This document shows, piece by piece, positions 49,888 through 62,953 of a DNA stretch of 64,000 bases (the first letter of the stretch is position 1; each line of letters begins with the position of its first letter). The translations under genes were made by a program, and so were the position numbers. The notes beneath the pieces were generated by a model. That model made no database searches. It was given only the letters and a program-made list of their open reading frames with translations, and had not been told where the DNA came from. The stretch is from contig OZ024741.1 of the NCBI GenBank assembly GCA_964016885.1, forward strand, positions 340,380,001-340,444,000, given 5' to 3'. This stretch comes from Eledone cirrhosa (Eukaryota).

Positions 49888-51347
49888 GTAAGTTCAATGT
49901 CTTGAATATTCCTTGCAAAGTGTTTTCTTTTTGGTGGGGGAAGTGTATGAGAATTGGTAAAGTGTTGTTTGGAGGCATTGAGTAGAATGCTTTGCAGTAT
50001 TTATTCCATTTTTCTGCACTCTGAGGTCAACTTTGCATTTCATTGTTTATATCACAATGTTGCCTCTACGATTCCATTGGAAGTTCAGGGTTCAATAAAT
50101 GAATACAGTTAAGATTGTAGCAGTAGTTGAATTATTTCACATCATTTGCAATGTTAAATGTCCTCTTATATCTAACTGGTGGAGTCCATTGAGAAATCCC
50201 TGCCATGTGATTAGCAAATTCATGTTCTTAAGATTAACACTACCACTGCCTCTTACCAGTCTCAGCAGCTCTGTAAAAAGTCACTGCTCTTCCTCTTGTA
50301 ATTAAGTTGGATTGATTCAATTCTTACTTACACTTCAAGTGAATTGTCAGTCATTAGAGTACGTGGCCAAATGCCTTGTGGTATTTGTTCTAGCCCTCTG
50401 AGTTGAAATCCCACTAAGGTCAATAAAATAAAGTTAGAGCATTGAGTGAGGTACCTTGTGCTATTTGTTCTGTTCAAATCACACTACCTCACTTGGGTGA
50501 ATTTGTTGTCCCGTTTGATACTGTCTCCTGGCAGAATCCACTTCATTGCAAGTATTCAAAACCAGGTATCCAGTATGAAAATAACCTTTCTCCTTCCCTC
50601 CTAACTGTCTCAGAGGCCCTGAAAAAGGTCAGACACAGCTCTTCCCATCCTGACCAAACAAAACTTTTCGTGCATCTCCCCCTGTATCGTCCATTTTCCA
50701 TAGCTTAGATGGTTTATCACATTCCGAGGCAGATATGTCAGATGACTACATCTTACTCATGTTCCATATTTATGCATGGTTTCTATGACTAGGTACCCTT
50801 CATTTTGTCAACCATTTTACAGTGTACTTCAGGTATTAATAAAATATAACTCAGTTGCAAGGAGTGGTATCACATTGAATGTATGATTAATTCCTAGTTT
50901 CTGTTTGAATTTTGTCAGAGTCTGTGTATCACACCTGCCAGGTATTAACCATTTTGCTACCAAACCACTTGAAACTGTCCCTGGTTCTATAATTAATATT
51001 TTTATATTTATCAAAATCTTTGCGTCATAATTTTATCTAAGAACCTTTGTTCCAAAGACTAGCTTAAAAATAAAATGGTTAGTTATATTACGAAGTAATT
51101 TTAAATTCTTCTTTATTTTCAAAATTATTAGAAAACCATAGACAATGTCTTTCCAAAGAAATATGGCAATGAAAGGGTTAAGTTATCAACCTGCTCAGTT
51201 GTAATAGCTTTGTCAGGTTTCCAATGCTATGGATGTAACATGGTTGAATGGTTAATTAAGTTTACTTTCCAATTAGGAGGTTCTGCATCTGGGCCCAGCA
51301 CCATTCACTAGAACTTCAGGTCAACAAGCCTTGAATTGTAGGTTTAA

Positions 51348-52037
51348 ATAATAATAATAATAATGAAATATTGTGTACAGTGCTCAGGTGCACTACAACT
51401 CATCAAAAAGTGTATGTATAGTACATAGGGTAATGTACAAACGTCAGGAAAATGAACAGGGCAGGAGTCGTGATATACACGTGTGCATGTGTATGGAAGG
51501 GGTACATCAGGTGTAGTTTTGGCGAATTTCGGAAAGCATGAGGGTTTTAAAGGATGCAGTGTCTCGGCAGCTAACAACTGACGCAGGCAGTTTGTTCCAT
51601 GCTTCAGCAACTCTGAGCGTGAAAAAATGTTTACGGAAGTCATGGGAGCTGTGCTGTTTTCTGATTTTGTAGGCATGACCATGTGTGTTAAGACACATGG
51701 AGATCAGGGTTGTTGTTGGCGAGATGGTGTTTACCAAGTCCATTGCCAGACGTCAGAGCTTCAATGAATCCATGCCCAGGGAAGCAAGGCATTCAGAGTA
51801 TGGTAGGTGTCTGATGGAGGGTATGAGCTTGGTTGCACATCTCTGAACAGTTTCCAGATCAATGTTCTGAGCAAAATAGAGGTTCCAGACTGATGATACG
51901 AATTCCAAGTGTGGCTGTATACAGCTTTAAATAGATGGCTGCTGAGTGATGCCAAGACTCCCTCGGCCTTCTTGACAATCTTAGAGACATGTTTTGTCCA
52001 ACGCAAATCGCTGCTGACAGTAATGCCCAGGTCACGT
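51348..52037 (-). mobile_element. CR1-like LINE 3' fragment
   Basis: RDLGITVSSDLRW, HGHAYKI, FFTLRVAEAWNKLP; (ATT)n tail. Confidence 0.9.
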
Positions 52038-52748
52038 TTAGTTGGCCTCTTTTGAGGTTGCATCTCATTGGAAGTTTCTTGGGTATTTTAATAATAGTTC
52101 TATCGTGTTTTATTGTTAAGATGTGGCTCATGATAGTACTCAGAGCTATTTAAAAAAAAAAAAAAAGGAAAAAAGCCGATCGTCAGATCGGACCAATGAA
52201 ACAATGTTTCAATTCGTCTTTGCATTGCTGATACTATTTGTAGGATGCAACCCCTGGCAGATGAAGCAACCTTATCATTGTGAATCCAACACCCTAACCC
52301 ATGCAGAGTCACCTATTAAATGGCTATGAAAGTATAGTATCATAGAACCAGAGGCAGTTTAGTATGAGAAGGGCTAACATTCAATATATCTGTAACCCAT
52401 CCAGTCATTTTATAAATGAAAGTAGAAAAAAAAAAAAAACTCATGTAATCAAAGTTCTGTTTATTGTAAGCCACAAGATATTTTCCAAAGTTTGTGAAAA
52501 TTGAGCAAGGTTTGATTATTTTTATTATTTAACCAAACCAGGTGATTTGCACCCAAATTCTAAAAAAAACTTTTTAATTAAAAACATATCGAATGTAAGT
52601 AGATAATGCATAGTACGGACTATTAAGTTTAACCTGAGTAAGTACAGACCATATTAAATTTAATGCAAAAAAAATAATAAAAATAATAATAATAAAGCAA
52701 CACGTTTTGGATCACTTGAAAAAAAAATAATGTAATCTTTTATTACAG

Positions 52749-52823
52749 ATATGCTAGCCAAGCTGGAGTGTTAGTAACCTTTTTCCTTGGCTTCAGTTAC
52801 ATTGAGATAATGCACATCAGGAA
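52749..52823 (+). CDS. PEMT-like: PEMT-like exon 6 (YASQAGVLVTFFLGFSYIEIMHIRK)
   Basis: cttttattacAG acceptor; AA|GTAAGT donor; 75 nt, phase 2/2; aligns without gaps to HASPTGLLLTVLVALTYIVALLYEE. Confidence 0.87.
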
Positions 52824-53293
52824 GTAAGTATATCCCTGTCTGTAAGAGATTAACATCCCTTTAGAAGAAGTAAATATGGTAGTATTGGCAAGGAAAAGTT
52901 ATTCAGTCTAGATTTATGACCTGACCAAGATTTCAGTTTTAGATAGAGACCTCATAATTTTACTAAGGTATGAATATCATGAGAACTCTCGGGTTGATCG
53001 GGAGAAACAATCTAGACCCATCACCACAAGAGACTGTACATCACAAAAGTCTTCAATAGGTGATTGGCCAACTTACTGAACTACTGGTAGTTTATTACTG
53101 ACTCTCTGGACAAAGAAAGCAACACTCCACTTGTCTCAGATCCATGGAAACTGAGCAGCCAACACACCTTGTGCTTTAATCTACCAGATGTTCTAAACAA
53201 GGACGGTGGGTATCTAGTGGGAGAAAGAAAAAACACAAAACCGATTGCTTAATTTGACCATCCATGTAACTTCAATTTTCTGTATTTTACCAG

Positions 53294-53461
53294 AAGTGCT
53301 TCTTGTACTATTCTTCATTAGGATGGTGAATATGGGTAGATATTACAAGTGATAGAGTTCTAGAATATATGATACTTGATTAAATTATTCTGGGGTAAAA
53401 ACATTTATAACATACTCCAGTAGCTTTTGTTTTATATCACAGGAGCCAGACCTGGTGCTGA
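53294..53461 (+). CDS. PEMT-like: PEMT-like terminal exon, unresolved: 53294-53321 (KSASCTILH*) or 53443-53461 (KSQTWC*)
   Basis: Two good acceptors: ttttctgtattttaccAG (53293) and ttttgttttatatcacAG (53442). Confidence 0.45.
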
Positions 53462-55402
53462 GCTATAGGCATAAGTTGGTAAACTGAGTCGATTGTTAGG
53501 TTTCAGCATTTCCTCCCTAGCATGTAGAAAGTGAAATATAGTAAATCAAGAAAAACTCAGTAACAGCAACACGAAGCTGGCAGTGACAAAGACATGTTAT
53601 ACATTAAAATAATTCTTCCCCACCTTGAAATATTAGTACTAATGAGGCAAATCAATGATAAAAAAAAGACATAACAAACGATGATAAAGTGTAAAGAACA
53701 TGTTTAGAAAATGGCGAGCGGAATTTGAAAATTGAATCAGAAGATTTTGATGTAACTTAGACTAAAATAGTCTAATAATTATGGGGCATATGAGCCCACT
53801 GAACAAGAAAAGGTGGGCTTAAATTATTTTACTTGGTCAAAATTACAGTGAAATCTAATTCAATAATTAGAATCTTGTAATGTCTGCAAATGAATGCATT
53901 GTTACAAGTGTCCCAACCCACAACACAACTCCTATTGAAAATCCATGTCAGTAACCCACCACCTTAGTTGGCAGCAGTCTTTAAACTATTTGTATAATCA
54001 ATTTCTTTTGATGAGGCACAAGGCTTAGTATTTGTTGGGTATAGGAAGGACGAAAGACATTAAAAATAATGGTGGAATATAAATAATTTTGAAATGTGTG
54101 ATTTGTCCATTCTATAAGAATATTTAAAAATCAGCAAGAATTAAAATTAAAATAAATTTAATAAATAGATTATTTCTATTTATAGATTCCTTGAATTGAA
54201 AATGTTCTGAAAGAAAAAATCCCTAAACTCAGTTCCACAGATCCATTTCATTCCTACACACTGATATTTTGTTCATATAAAAAAAAAGTTTATGTATTTA
54301 TTAAAATAAATAATTGAAAAGTTAAAGCATTATTATTGTTATTAGTGCAATGGCTGAAGTTCTCCACAAACCAACTTTCCTTATAATGGTAATTCCTTTA
54401 AAAAAAAAAAATTTGTTACCAGCGGCAGACTTTTCATAGAGACCACTTCGCAACACTGAGGAGTAGGGATTCAGTATCTGCCACTGTTTAGACATCCTGC
54501 TTTGTAAGAGTTTATTTTTAACTAGAGTTGTACATTTGGATTTTAGGAAATAATCTTGTATAAAATAATTAAAATGACCATAGGGTTTTCTAAAGTTTTA
54601 ACCCAGTAATAAACTGGGGTTTGTTGTATCAAGTTAAAGAGATTAGTTTCTACAAGATTTTTACAGTATACCATTTAAAAAAAATAAAATAAATAAAAAG
54701 GATGTTTTTTGTACAAATCTATACATATATGGAAAAAAAAATATGGAGCAATGTGAAGTGTTTTGCACCAACATGGAACCCATGACATTGCGATTGTGAG
54801 ACCAACACCCTAACCATTATATATATATATACGAGACATTAAGATACCAAGGAGCTGTGACCCACACATTGATAACTGGTGAGCCTCAGATCTTTCTAAA
54901 TGTTTATATGTATGATATACATGTGGGCCTCAGACTGTTTCAATTTTTTTTTATAAGTTAAGATATAATATATATGTGGGTCAAGGGCAAAACTAAAAAG
55001 AAAAAGAAATGTGTGTAGGGGGGAGAAGTTGCTGCCGATTCCTGGTTTAACTAGAACCAAATTTTGTTTGCATGAAGACAGAATCAACATATTAAATAAG
55101 AGTGGATAGTTTGGTTTGATGTATGTGGAATAAAACTAATATTCAGACTGAGTTTTCTATTAATAAAAGCATTTATAGACGTAACTAATTCCAGTTAAAA
55201 ACAGACAGTTCTATTAAATTAAAATTAACATTTAAGGTATCTACAGAAGAACAATAAGACATATTGGATTTTTTTCTCTTCATCTTTTTATTTTTTTGTT
55301 AATGTTTTTCTTCATTGTCCCACAAACAAATTGATTTCCACATCTATACTTGAGGTAAATTTAAAGAAAATGAAATAGTTGTTTCAAAAATGTGTGTATG
55401 TG

Positions 55403-55438
<36 letters not shown>

Positions 55439-56115
55439 CCACTGCACTTTTTAATGGGACATAAGTATAGTTGTGTGAATATTTGAAGATTTGTATGACA
55501 GATACAAATTAATTAATTAAAAAAAAAGAAACTAGCAGTCTTGTTAATTTATCATCAATTGGTGACAAAATAACTACGATTAAAGGCTTTTTTGGGTTAA
55601 CTGCAAAAACATTTTTTAATGAATAAATAAACAAAAAAAAAAAACTAATATAAAATAAAGTTTCAATTGAAAAAAAATGTTTAAAAAGGTAGTTAAAAAA
55701 ATAACAAAAAAAAAAAAAAACAAAGTGAGAAATAGTTTACGTTTGATTTAAAGAAATGTAACTAGTTTAGAGAGAGAGGGTAGGGTGGGAACTGGAAATA
55801 ATAAGAAAAATACTAAGTTTAGAATTGTGTTGGTTCATGGAGAACTTAGGCTTGTTTAAATAGTGCTGCTTTTAGGTGGAGGAGAAGGAGGAGGCCAGCA
55901 CGTTTAATGATGATAAAGTAGAAATGAGACTTTCCACATACTGAAGCCAAGGAGGGGGGGTGGAAACAAACAACAAACAGCAGAAATGTTTGCTATTTTA
56001 GCTGACAATAAGAGTTTTGGTAGCTTCTTCCTTCTCAGTCCTCCATTCTTGAAAGAAGGGTGTGGGGTGGGGGAGGAGTAAAATCCCAGCTGTAAATTCA
56101 TCTGATTTAGAAACT

Positions 56116-56283
<168 letters not shown>

Positions 56284-57339
56284 TTACCAATTTGAAGTAG
56301 TGTTTGAGAAAGTATGCGAGAGAGAATATGTGTGCATACATACATATATCATAGGTTATTTCAATCTTACATGTAAACAGAATTATTACGATTTAACTTT
56401 CAATGTCCTGTACTGCATAAAACTATATCAGCAGGACATTCTTGAAAATTACAAAATAGCATTATGACTGGTTACATCATTGAACTCACAATCATAAGGT
56501 TGTGGGTTAGATTTCTTGACTGGCAGTATGTGTTGAGAAAGCTGCTTCATTTCACGTTGCATTTTGTGATAGGACTGGGGCTTCTATCATTCAAACTCCT
56601 GTGAAACCTATGATCATCAACCTCGTATGAGGCTAGCTAAACCTATAGAGGTGCGAGTTGTAAATTTCATTTCATATTGGGAAACATCATGATGGCTACT
56701 TCCAATGTACATGTTGGATATGGTACAAGGAATAAAGAGAGTTCAAAGTTCTTGGAATTTTGTGATGACCGAATCTTTTGCAACACAACCAAGACATCTA
56801 ATCACTTACCAATTGGGTTAGCACACCAGCTAGATAAACTTCATACACACCAGAGACAACTAGCTGTGAATACAATGCTCTTCCTCAATAAATAATATAC
56901 CACACAACATTGATTAGGGACTAGTAGCTTCAACCTAGCTGCTAGATAGATTCTTAGAAGAAATTCCAAACATGAGTAAAGCCAAGAATCAGATAGCATT
57001 AAAATAAATCTAGCAAAGAGACAAAAGTTTTAGAATGTAGGAACTCTATAAAAGCCATTTTGACCTACACTCCAACAACTGATTACATATGTGGGTATTA
57101 CAAATACACATGGCTGTTATAAGGGCAAGAAATACAAAGAATAATAAAAATATACTCACGGAATCTCACGGAAATTGATCTCATTAGTCTCATTCTCAGA
57201 GAACTGACCTGGAAAAGATTTAGACAGATGAGATTTACATATAATGCTGGCTTTTATACAATAGAATCTTTTAGAAACGGAACATAACTTTTACCATTAA
57301 ATACATCATGTAAATGTTAATAATATAGTATAGTAAATA

Positions 57340-57600
57340 TTACAGCTTACACCTATGTAAGTTTAGCTGGCCTCCTATGAGGTGGTATCTCAAGTGTTTT
57401 AATGAGAGAGGCCCCAGTATTATGCTGTTACAGCTCACACCTATTTAAGTTTAGTTGGCCTTCTATAATGTATCTTTCTCAGGTGTTTTAGTAAGTGCCT
57501 CAGTCCTATCATGTTCTCATTACAGCTCATACCCAAGTTGGTATACCATAGGCAGTTTCTTGGGTGTTTTAATGATAGGAGCCCAGCCTTATCATGGAAA
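57340..57600. repeat. ~85-bp tandem repeat linked to SINE B heads; related array at ~5450-5640
   Basis: ttacagctcacacc...agtttag.tggcct...gtgttttaatga...cagt..tatcatg units. Confidence 0.65.
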
Positions 57601-58842
57601 CAAACATAAAATCAAGTGTTTTGCTCAAAAACACAACACACTGCAATATTGTGATTGTGCATCCAACACTAACCACTTGGTCATGTGCTTTTACTCAGTA
57701 TGATTAGCTGATTAACCATGTTGGGTTTGCTGGACATGCAAATTAGATTTTCTTTCATTTGCACCACTGTTAACTACTAAACCCATCACAAGCCAATGAG
57801 GAAGCCTCTACATAGTCACTCAACCTGCTAGAAATTGCAACCAAAACATCCTTCAAAGTACATCCTACCATTTAAAAAAAAAATGGAATGCTATGAGATG
57901 AGCATACTCAATGGACTACAAATGAACTGAGAGAGAAACTCAGTATAAGAAGAATCAGAGTGTGCTAATACAGGCGTGTATGAGGGATGAGAGATGGGTA
58001 AATAAGTACCAGGTAATCGAAGTAGATTAAAGAGAGAGACTGAGGAAGAAGGATCTCAAGAGGTTGAACCCCAACAAAGGAGATGACAGAAGACCACAAG
58101 AAATTAAATGTGCTCAAGACCTGCACAACTCAAAGAAGCATGAAAAGAAATCTAAAACATAATTATGAAAGTTTGGAGCTAGGACTCCATCAGCCAAAAT
58201 GAGGGCAACCTGTCTAAGAGAGTAAACACCCTGAATATAAACTGATATAGAGTGGAGAGGACTCTTGAGTTCAGTAAGACAACCTCTCTAGTGCTTGTGG
58301 CATCAATAATGCACCCAGTCCATGCTATAAAGTGGTTGATGATAGGAAGGACATCCAAAATAGATGTTTAATGGTGATGATCATTTAGGTCTCTCATTTT
58401 AAGTCTCCTTAATGCTGACTAACTTGTTCCATCTTTGTTACTCACCTCCTAACATACACCCCCCCCCCCTCTTATCTCATGTTTCCAAACAGTTCCTTTC
58501 AGTCTGACACTTTCCTATCATTCTTTCTTTCCTCAGATTTCCTTCTATTACCCTCTCTCACTCGGGTTCTACTCTTACCCTTCCTTCCATCTATCACCCC
58601 TCCTCTTTAAATAATGCTACATATGTAATAGGAGCCAGCACTACACAATTTTACTAGTGATGAGATAGAAAATGACCCTTCTGCTAACCCAGTACACCCC
58701 ATAAAGTGATTAATGTGAGGAGAGTGTCTCAGTTATAGAAATCATACCAAAAAGGGTAAAGAAGACTCTACAATTGTGTTAAAGGCATGGCAACCGCTCT
58801 AGTGCCTGTGCCTCAACAAAATGCATCAAACATTGTGCAGGA

Positions 58843-61800
58843 ATCATCATCATCATCACCGTTTTACGTCCGTTCTTCCACGCTAGCATGGGTTAGACGG
58901 GTTGTCCTGTTGTGGGCAGTCTCTGGTCGGCTGACAATGCCTTGCTCATACAGGAACTGATCTGGCTTGATTTCTACAGCTGGATGCCCTTCCTAACACC
59001 AACCTCATTTACAGTGAGTGCTGGGTGCTTTTTCGTGGCGCCTACACGTCCACTTTACAGTGTGGGCTGGGTGCTTTTTTGCCGTGACACCTCCACGACC
59101 ACCTTGCGGTGGGGGGTGTGGGGGCATATTGTCTATATGCTTCAGCTTGTACCCATGGGAGGTCAGGTACTCTGTATTACTGCGCGACGCCAGAAGTCAC
59201 GGTTGTGTGTCATTGCCTTTGAGAGGTGTAATTGGGTAAGGTCGGCTTTTATCACCTCATCCCAGGTCATGGGTCTCCCCACTCCGCGGTTTCCATCAAC
59301 TTCTAGTGCTCTGCACCTTTTTATGCAGCTGTCATCCTTCATACGCATCACATGTCCATACCAGCGCAACCACCTCTCCTGCACACAGCATTTGATTCTT
59401 CTTATGCTCAGTCTCTCTCTCAATTCATTTATGCTTTGTCGTTCACGTATATTACTGTTACACATCCATCGGAGCATGCAGGCTTCGTTTCTCTCTAATC
59501 TACGTAAGTCTTCCACCTTCAGCGCCCAGGTCTCACTACCATGCAACATTGCTGTTCGGATACACGCATCATACAGTCTGCTTTTCATTCTGAGGGAGAA
59601 GCCTTTTGCAGCTAGCAGTGGTAGTAGTTCCCTAAACTTCTTCCATCCCGTTCTTACCCTAGTTATTGTACTTTCTGAACACCCACCTCCGCTGCTAATT
59701 CAGTCACCTAGGTAGCAGAAGCTGTCTACTGTTTCTACAGAGCCCTCCCAGAGATTGGTGGTACTTGTTTCCTGCTTGGTGTCTCAGCACAGCTGCTGCA
59801 TGTGAAGCCTACATTCTTAATTAAGCTTCCTGAGATCCCGCTACATCTCTTGTGTACCCATTGTTTGCATTTGGGGCTGAGAATGGAGTTCCTACCTACA
59901 CCTTTCCTACATACTGAGCAAGGCCATTTCCCTGAGGGGATCTGGGTTCTGTTTTCTCGTCTACTTACAAGGACCTTAGTCTTTGTCATGTTGACTTTGA
60001 GACCCTTTCTTTCTAGTCCCTGCTTCCAAGTTTGGAATTTATTCTCTAGTTCTACCATAGATTCAGCTAGGAGTGCGAGGTCATCAGCATACAGGAGTTC
60101 CCATGGGCATCCGGTCTTAAACTCCTCCGTTATTGCCTGCAGGACTATGATGAACAGGAGGGGGCTAAGAACAGAGCCCTGGTGGACCCCAGCCTGTACG
60201 CTAAATTCCTCACTATACTCATTGCTAATCCTAACTTTGCTGACTGCTCCCCTATACATGGCTTGTACCGCTTTCACAAGCCATTCATCTACTCCTAGAT
60301 TACAACACGTGGAACTCTGTCAAAGGCTTTCTCAAGGTCGACAAATGCCAAGTAGAGTGGCTTACTTTTAGCTAGGTACTTTTCCTGTAATTGCCTCACA
60401 AGGAAGAGGGCATCAGTGGTGCCTCTTCCTGGTACAAACCCAAATTGCATCTCGTCTATTTTCACCCGGTCCCTAATCAACTGTGCTATAACTCTTTCTG
60501 TTACTTTCATGACCTGGTCCATCAACTTTATACCTCTATAGTTTCCTCTATCTAGTGCATCGCCTTTACCTTTGTAGCAGTTGACAATGATGCTACTGCA
60601 CCAATCTTTTGGTATGACACCTTCTAGTATTACCTGGTTAACAATACGTGTGGTTATAGTGTGACCTACAGACCCAGATGCCTTCAGCATCTCGGCAGCT
60701 ATACCCAATGGACCGGTTGCCTTCCCAATCTTCATATCTTTGATTGCCTTACTTACTACGCTGCTGCTGACTTGTACTGCTGGCCCCTCTATAGGGTCTA
60801 CTTGGGGTAGGGTCTCTTCTTCCCATGCATTCTCCTCATTTAGTAATCTATCATAATGACTCTTCCATGCATCTTACTTCTCAGCACTTGTGAGGGCAAG
60901 CTCACCTTTATCATTCCAGATACACTTCTCTCCAATTACATCACAACTATCTCTGACACACTGCCTCGCAATCTTGAATACCTCCTGTTTCTGGTCCTCA
61001 CGTTGCAAAACATGCTTGAATTTTCTATCCTCTGCTTCCCTCCTAGCTAAGTATACTTGTCGCCTAGCTTCCCTCTTGGTCTCTATGTAATGTACCCTGC
61101 TCCCCCCGTTCTTCCATTCTTTCCATGCCTGTCTCTTGGCCTTAACTGCTTCATCTACCTTATTGTTCCACCACCAAGTCACTCTCCTCCTGTCGCCTCT
61201 AGTAAATTATTTTTTAGGAACTCCCAGGTCTCTTCTACATTAAATGTCTCTCTCTGTTCTTCTTTACTGTCGTAGGCGTTGAGTAAAATATCTTTAAATC
61301 TGTTACTGGTTGAGGGGACTTTCAGCTTCCAGATCTTTCTTCTCCAGGTTCGTCTAGTTCTGACCGTGAGGTCGCTGACAACTAAGCTATGTTGGGATGT
61401 ACATTCCTCACTAGGGAAGGCTTTTGTGTTTACGACCGTCCATCTGTCACGTCCTCTGATGAGGATAAAATCTATCTGACTAGAGTGCTCCCCTGATCTA
61501 TAGGTGATCAGGTGGTTGTCGGGTTTTTTAAAGTTTGTGTTACATATCGACATGTCATTGGCGTCGCAGAATTCTAGAAGTCTGAATCCTTCCTCATTCC
61601 TTGTGCCAACCCCATGGCCTCCATGTACTCTATTGAAGCCGTCGCAGTGTTTACCTACGTGTCCGTTAAAATCTCCTGCGATGATTAGGAAGTCATTGTC
61701 GTCTGTTAGAGCAGTAGTGTGCATTAGGGACTCGTGAAACCTATCCTTAAGTTCGTCTGGCAGCCCCGATTGGGGTGCGTAAGCTGATATTATTGTGGTA

Positions 61801-62953
61801 ATTGTTTTATTCAGGACTAGTCTGAGTTTAATGATTCTTGCATTTACCCTGTACACTGAGATTACTTTATCTACCCACTTGTCAGCTAGTAGTATACCTA
61901 CACCACCCATCCCATCGTCATTTCCCACCCAGAAAAATTTGTAGCACCGACTTTTTCCTACCAGGACTCTGGCAGACTCTCCTCTCCATCTAGTCTCTTG
62001 CACACAGCATACATCAATTTCCTTTCGCTCTAGCATTTCTACGATTTCTCCTGCTCTTCCTTTCATTGAGCCTACATTGATGGTACCAACTCGGAGTTTT
62101 GGGCATTTGTCGACACTCGTAGGGAAGGGTCTCTGGATTGGCGCTTCACATGGGTGCTTGGTAGCTCGCAGATTCATGTTTCATCTATTGATTCAGAGTT
62201 GCTCAAATTTATTCTCAGCTCATCCATCCATAACGGTGGGAAAATTGAGGGCTAGAAGAACAGTGTTGGTGGGGTAATGGCAGGGTGTGTTGGGCTGCGA
62301 CAGCGGAGGAGAGAGTTAGTTAGGTAGTAGTAGTAGTAGTAGTAGTAGCAGCCGTAGAGATAGCATGCTGAGGTTTGATTGGTCGAATAGGCTATGGTGG
62401 TGTGAGGGGGTGGGTGGGAGGGAAATTGTGAGGTAGGCACTGAGGGTCGCCGTCAAGGCTAACAGACTTAAATAACCGATAGATTAGAATACTGCGTGGT
62501 AAATATCCGAAATAATGCTAACAAACTTAAATAACCGATATAATACAGCAAACTTAAATAACCGAAATAATACAGCAATAATATTAATAATAATAGCGTC
62601 ATAATAGCTAAGATACCTTCGAAAATTTGTATGGATGGGTGGCTGGACATCCAAATCAACTCTAGTGAATCATTTTAGCAGATAAGGATAAAGCGTCTTA
62701 TCTCTTCAATAGCTTCAAGATGAGTGAGGTGGAATGGGCGAAAGGGAGGTAATGGCTTAGAGATAGAGATAGGGTAGCCATCATAGAGAGGGGGGGGGGG
62801 GGGAGAGGCACCGAGGGTCGCCGTCAAGGCTAACAGACTTAAATAACCGATAGATTAGAATACCGCGTGGTAAATATCCGAAATAATGCTAACAAACTTA
62901 AATAACCGATATAATACAGCAAACTTAAATAACCGAAATAATACAGCAATAAT
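58843..62953 (-). mobile_element. Near full-length RTE LINE family A (APE, RT, PHD-like finger) with several frameshifts, in the ELOC intron, sense to ELOC
   Basis: APE: TINV, CCVQETRW, SAYAPQ, GDFNGHVG, QIDFIL, SQH; RT: DLEKAFDRVP, LLYADDL; (GAT)n tail at 58843; ORF starts 62177; the 5' boundary is uncertain. Confidence 0.93.
62436..62953. repeat. Two near-identical ~147-bp direct repeats (62436-62582 and 62806-62953), each with three acttaaataaccga subrepeats
   Basis: aggcac.gagggtcgccgtcaaggctaacagacttaaataaccga...tacagcaataat occurs twice. Confidence 0.92.

Noticed and set aside
52123-52329. 68-aa ORF as a candidate PEMT-like exon
   Set aside because: Contains a poly-A run and no PEMT similarity; exon 5 joins 52749 in phase
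58912-59715. 267-aa plus-strand ORF (and similar at 10658, 11358, 19021, 59802)
   Set aside because: Antisense frames of RTE elements
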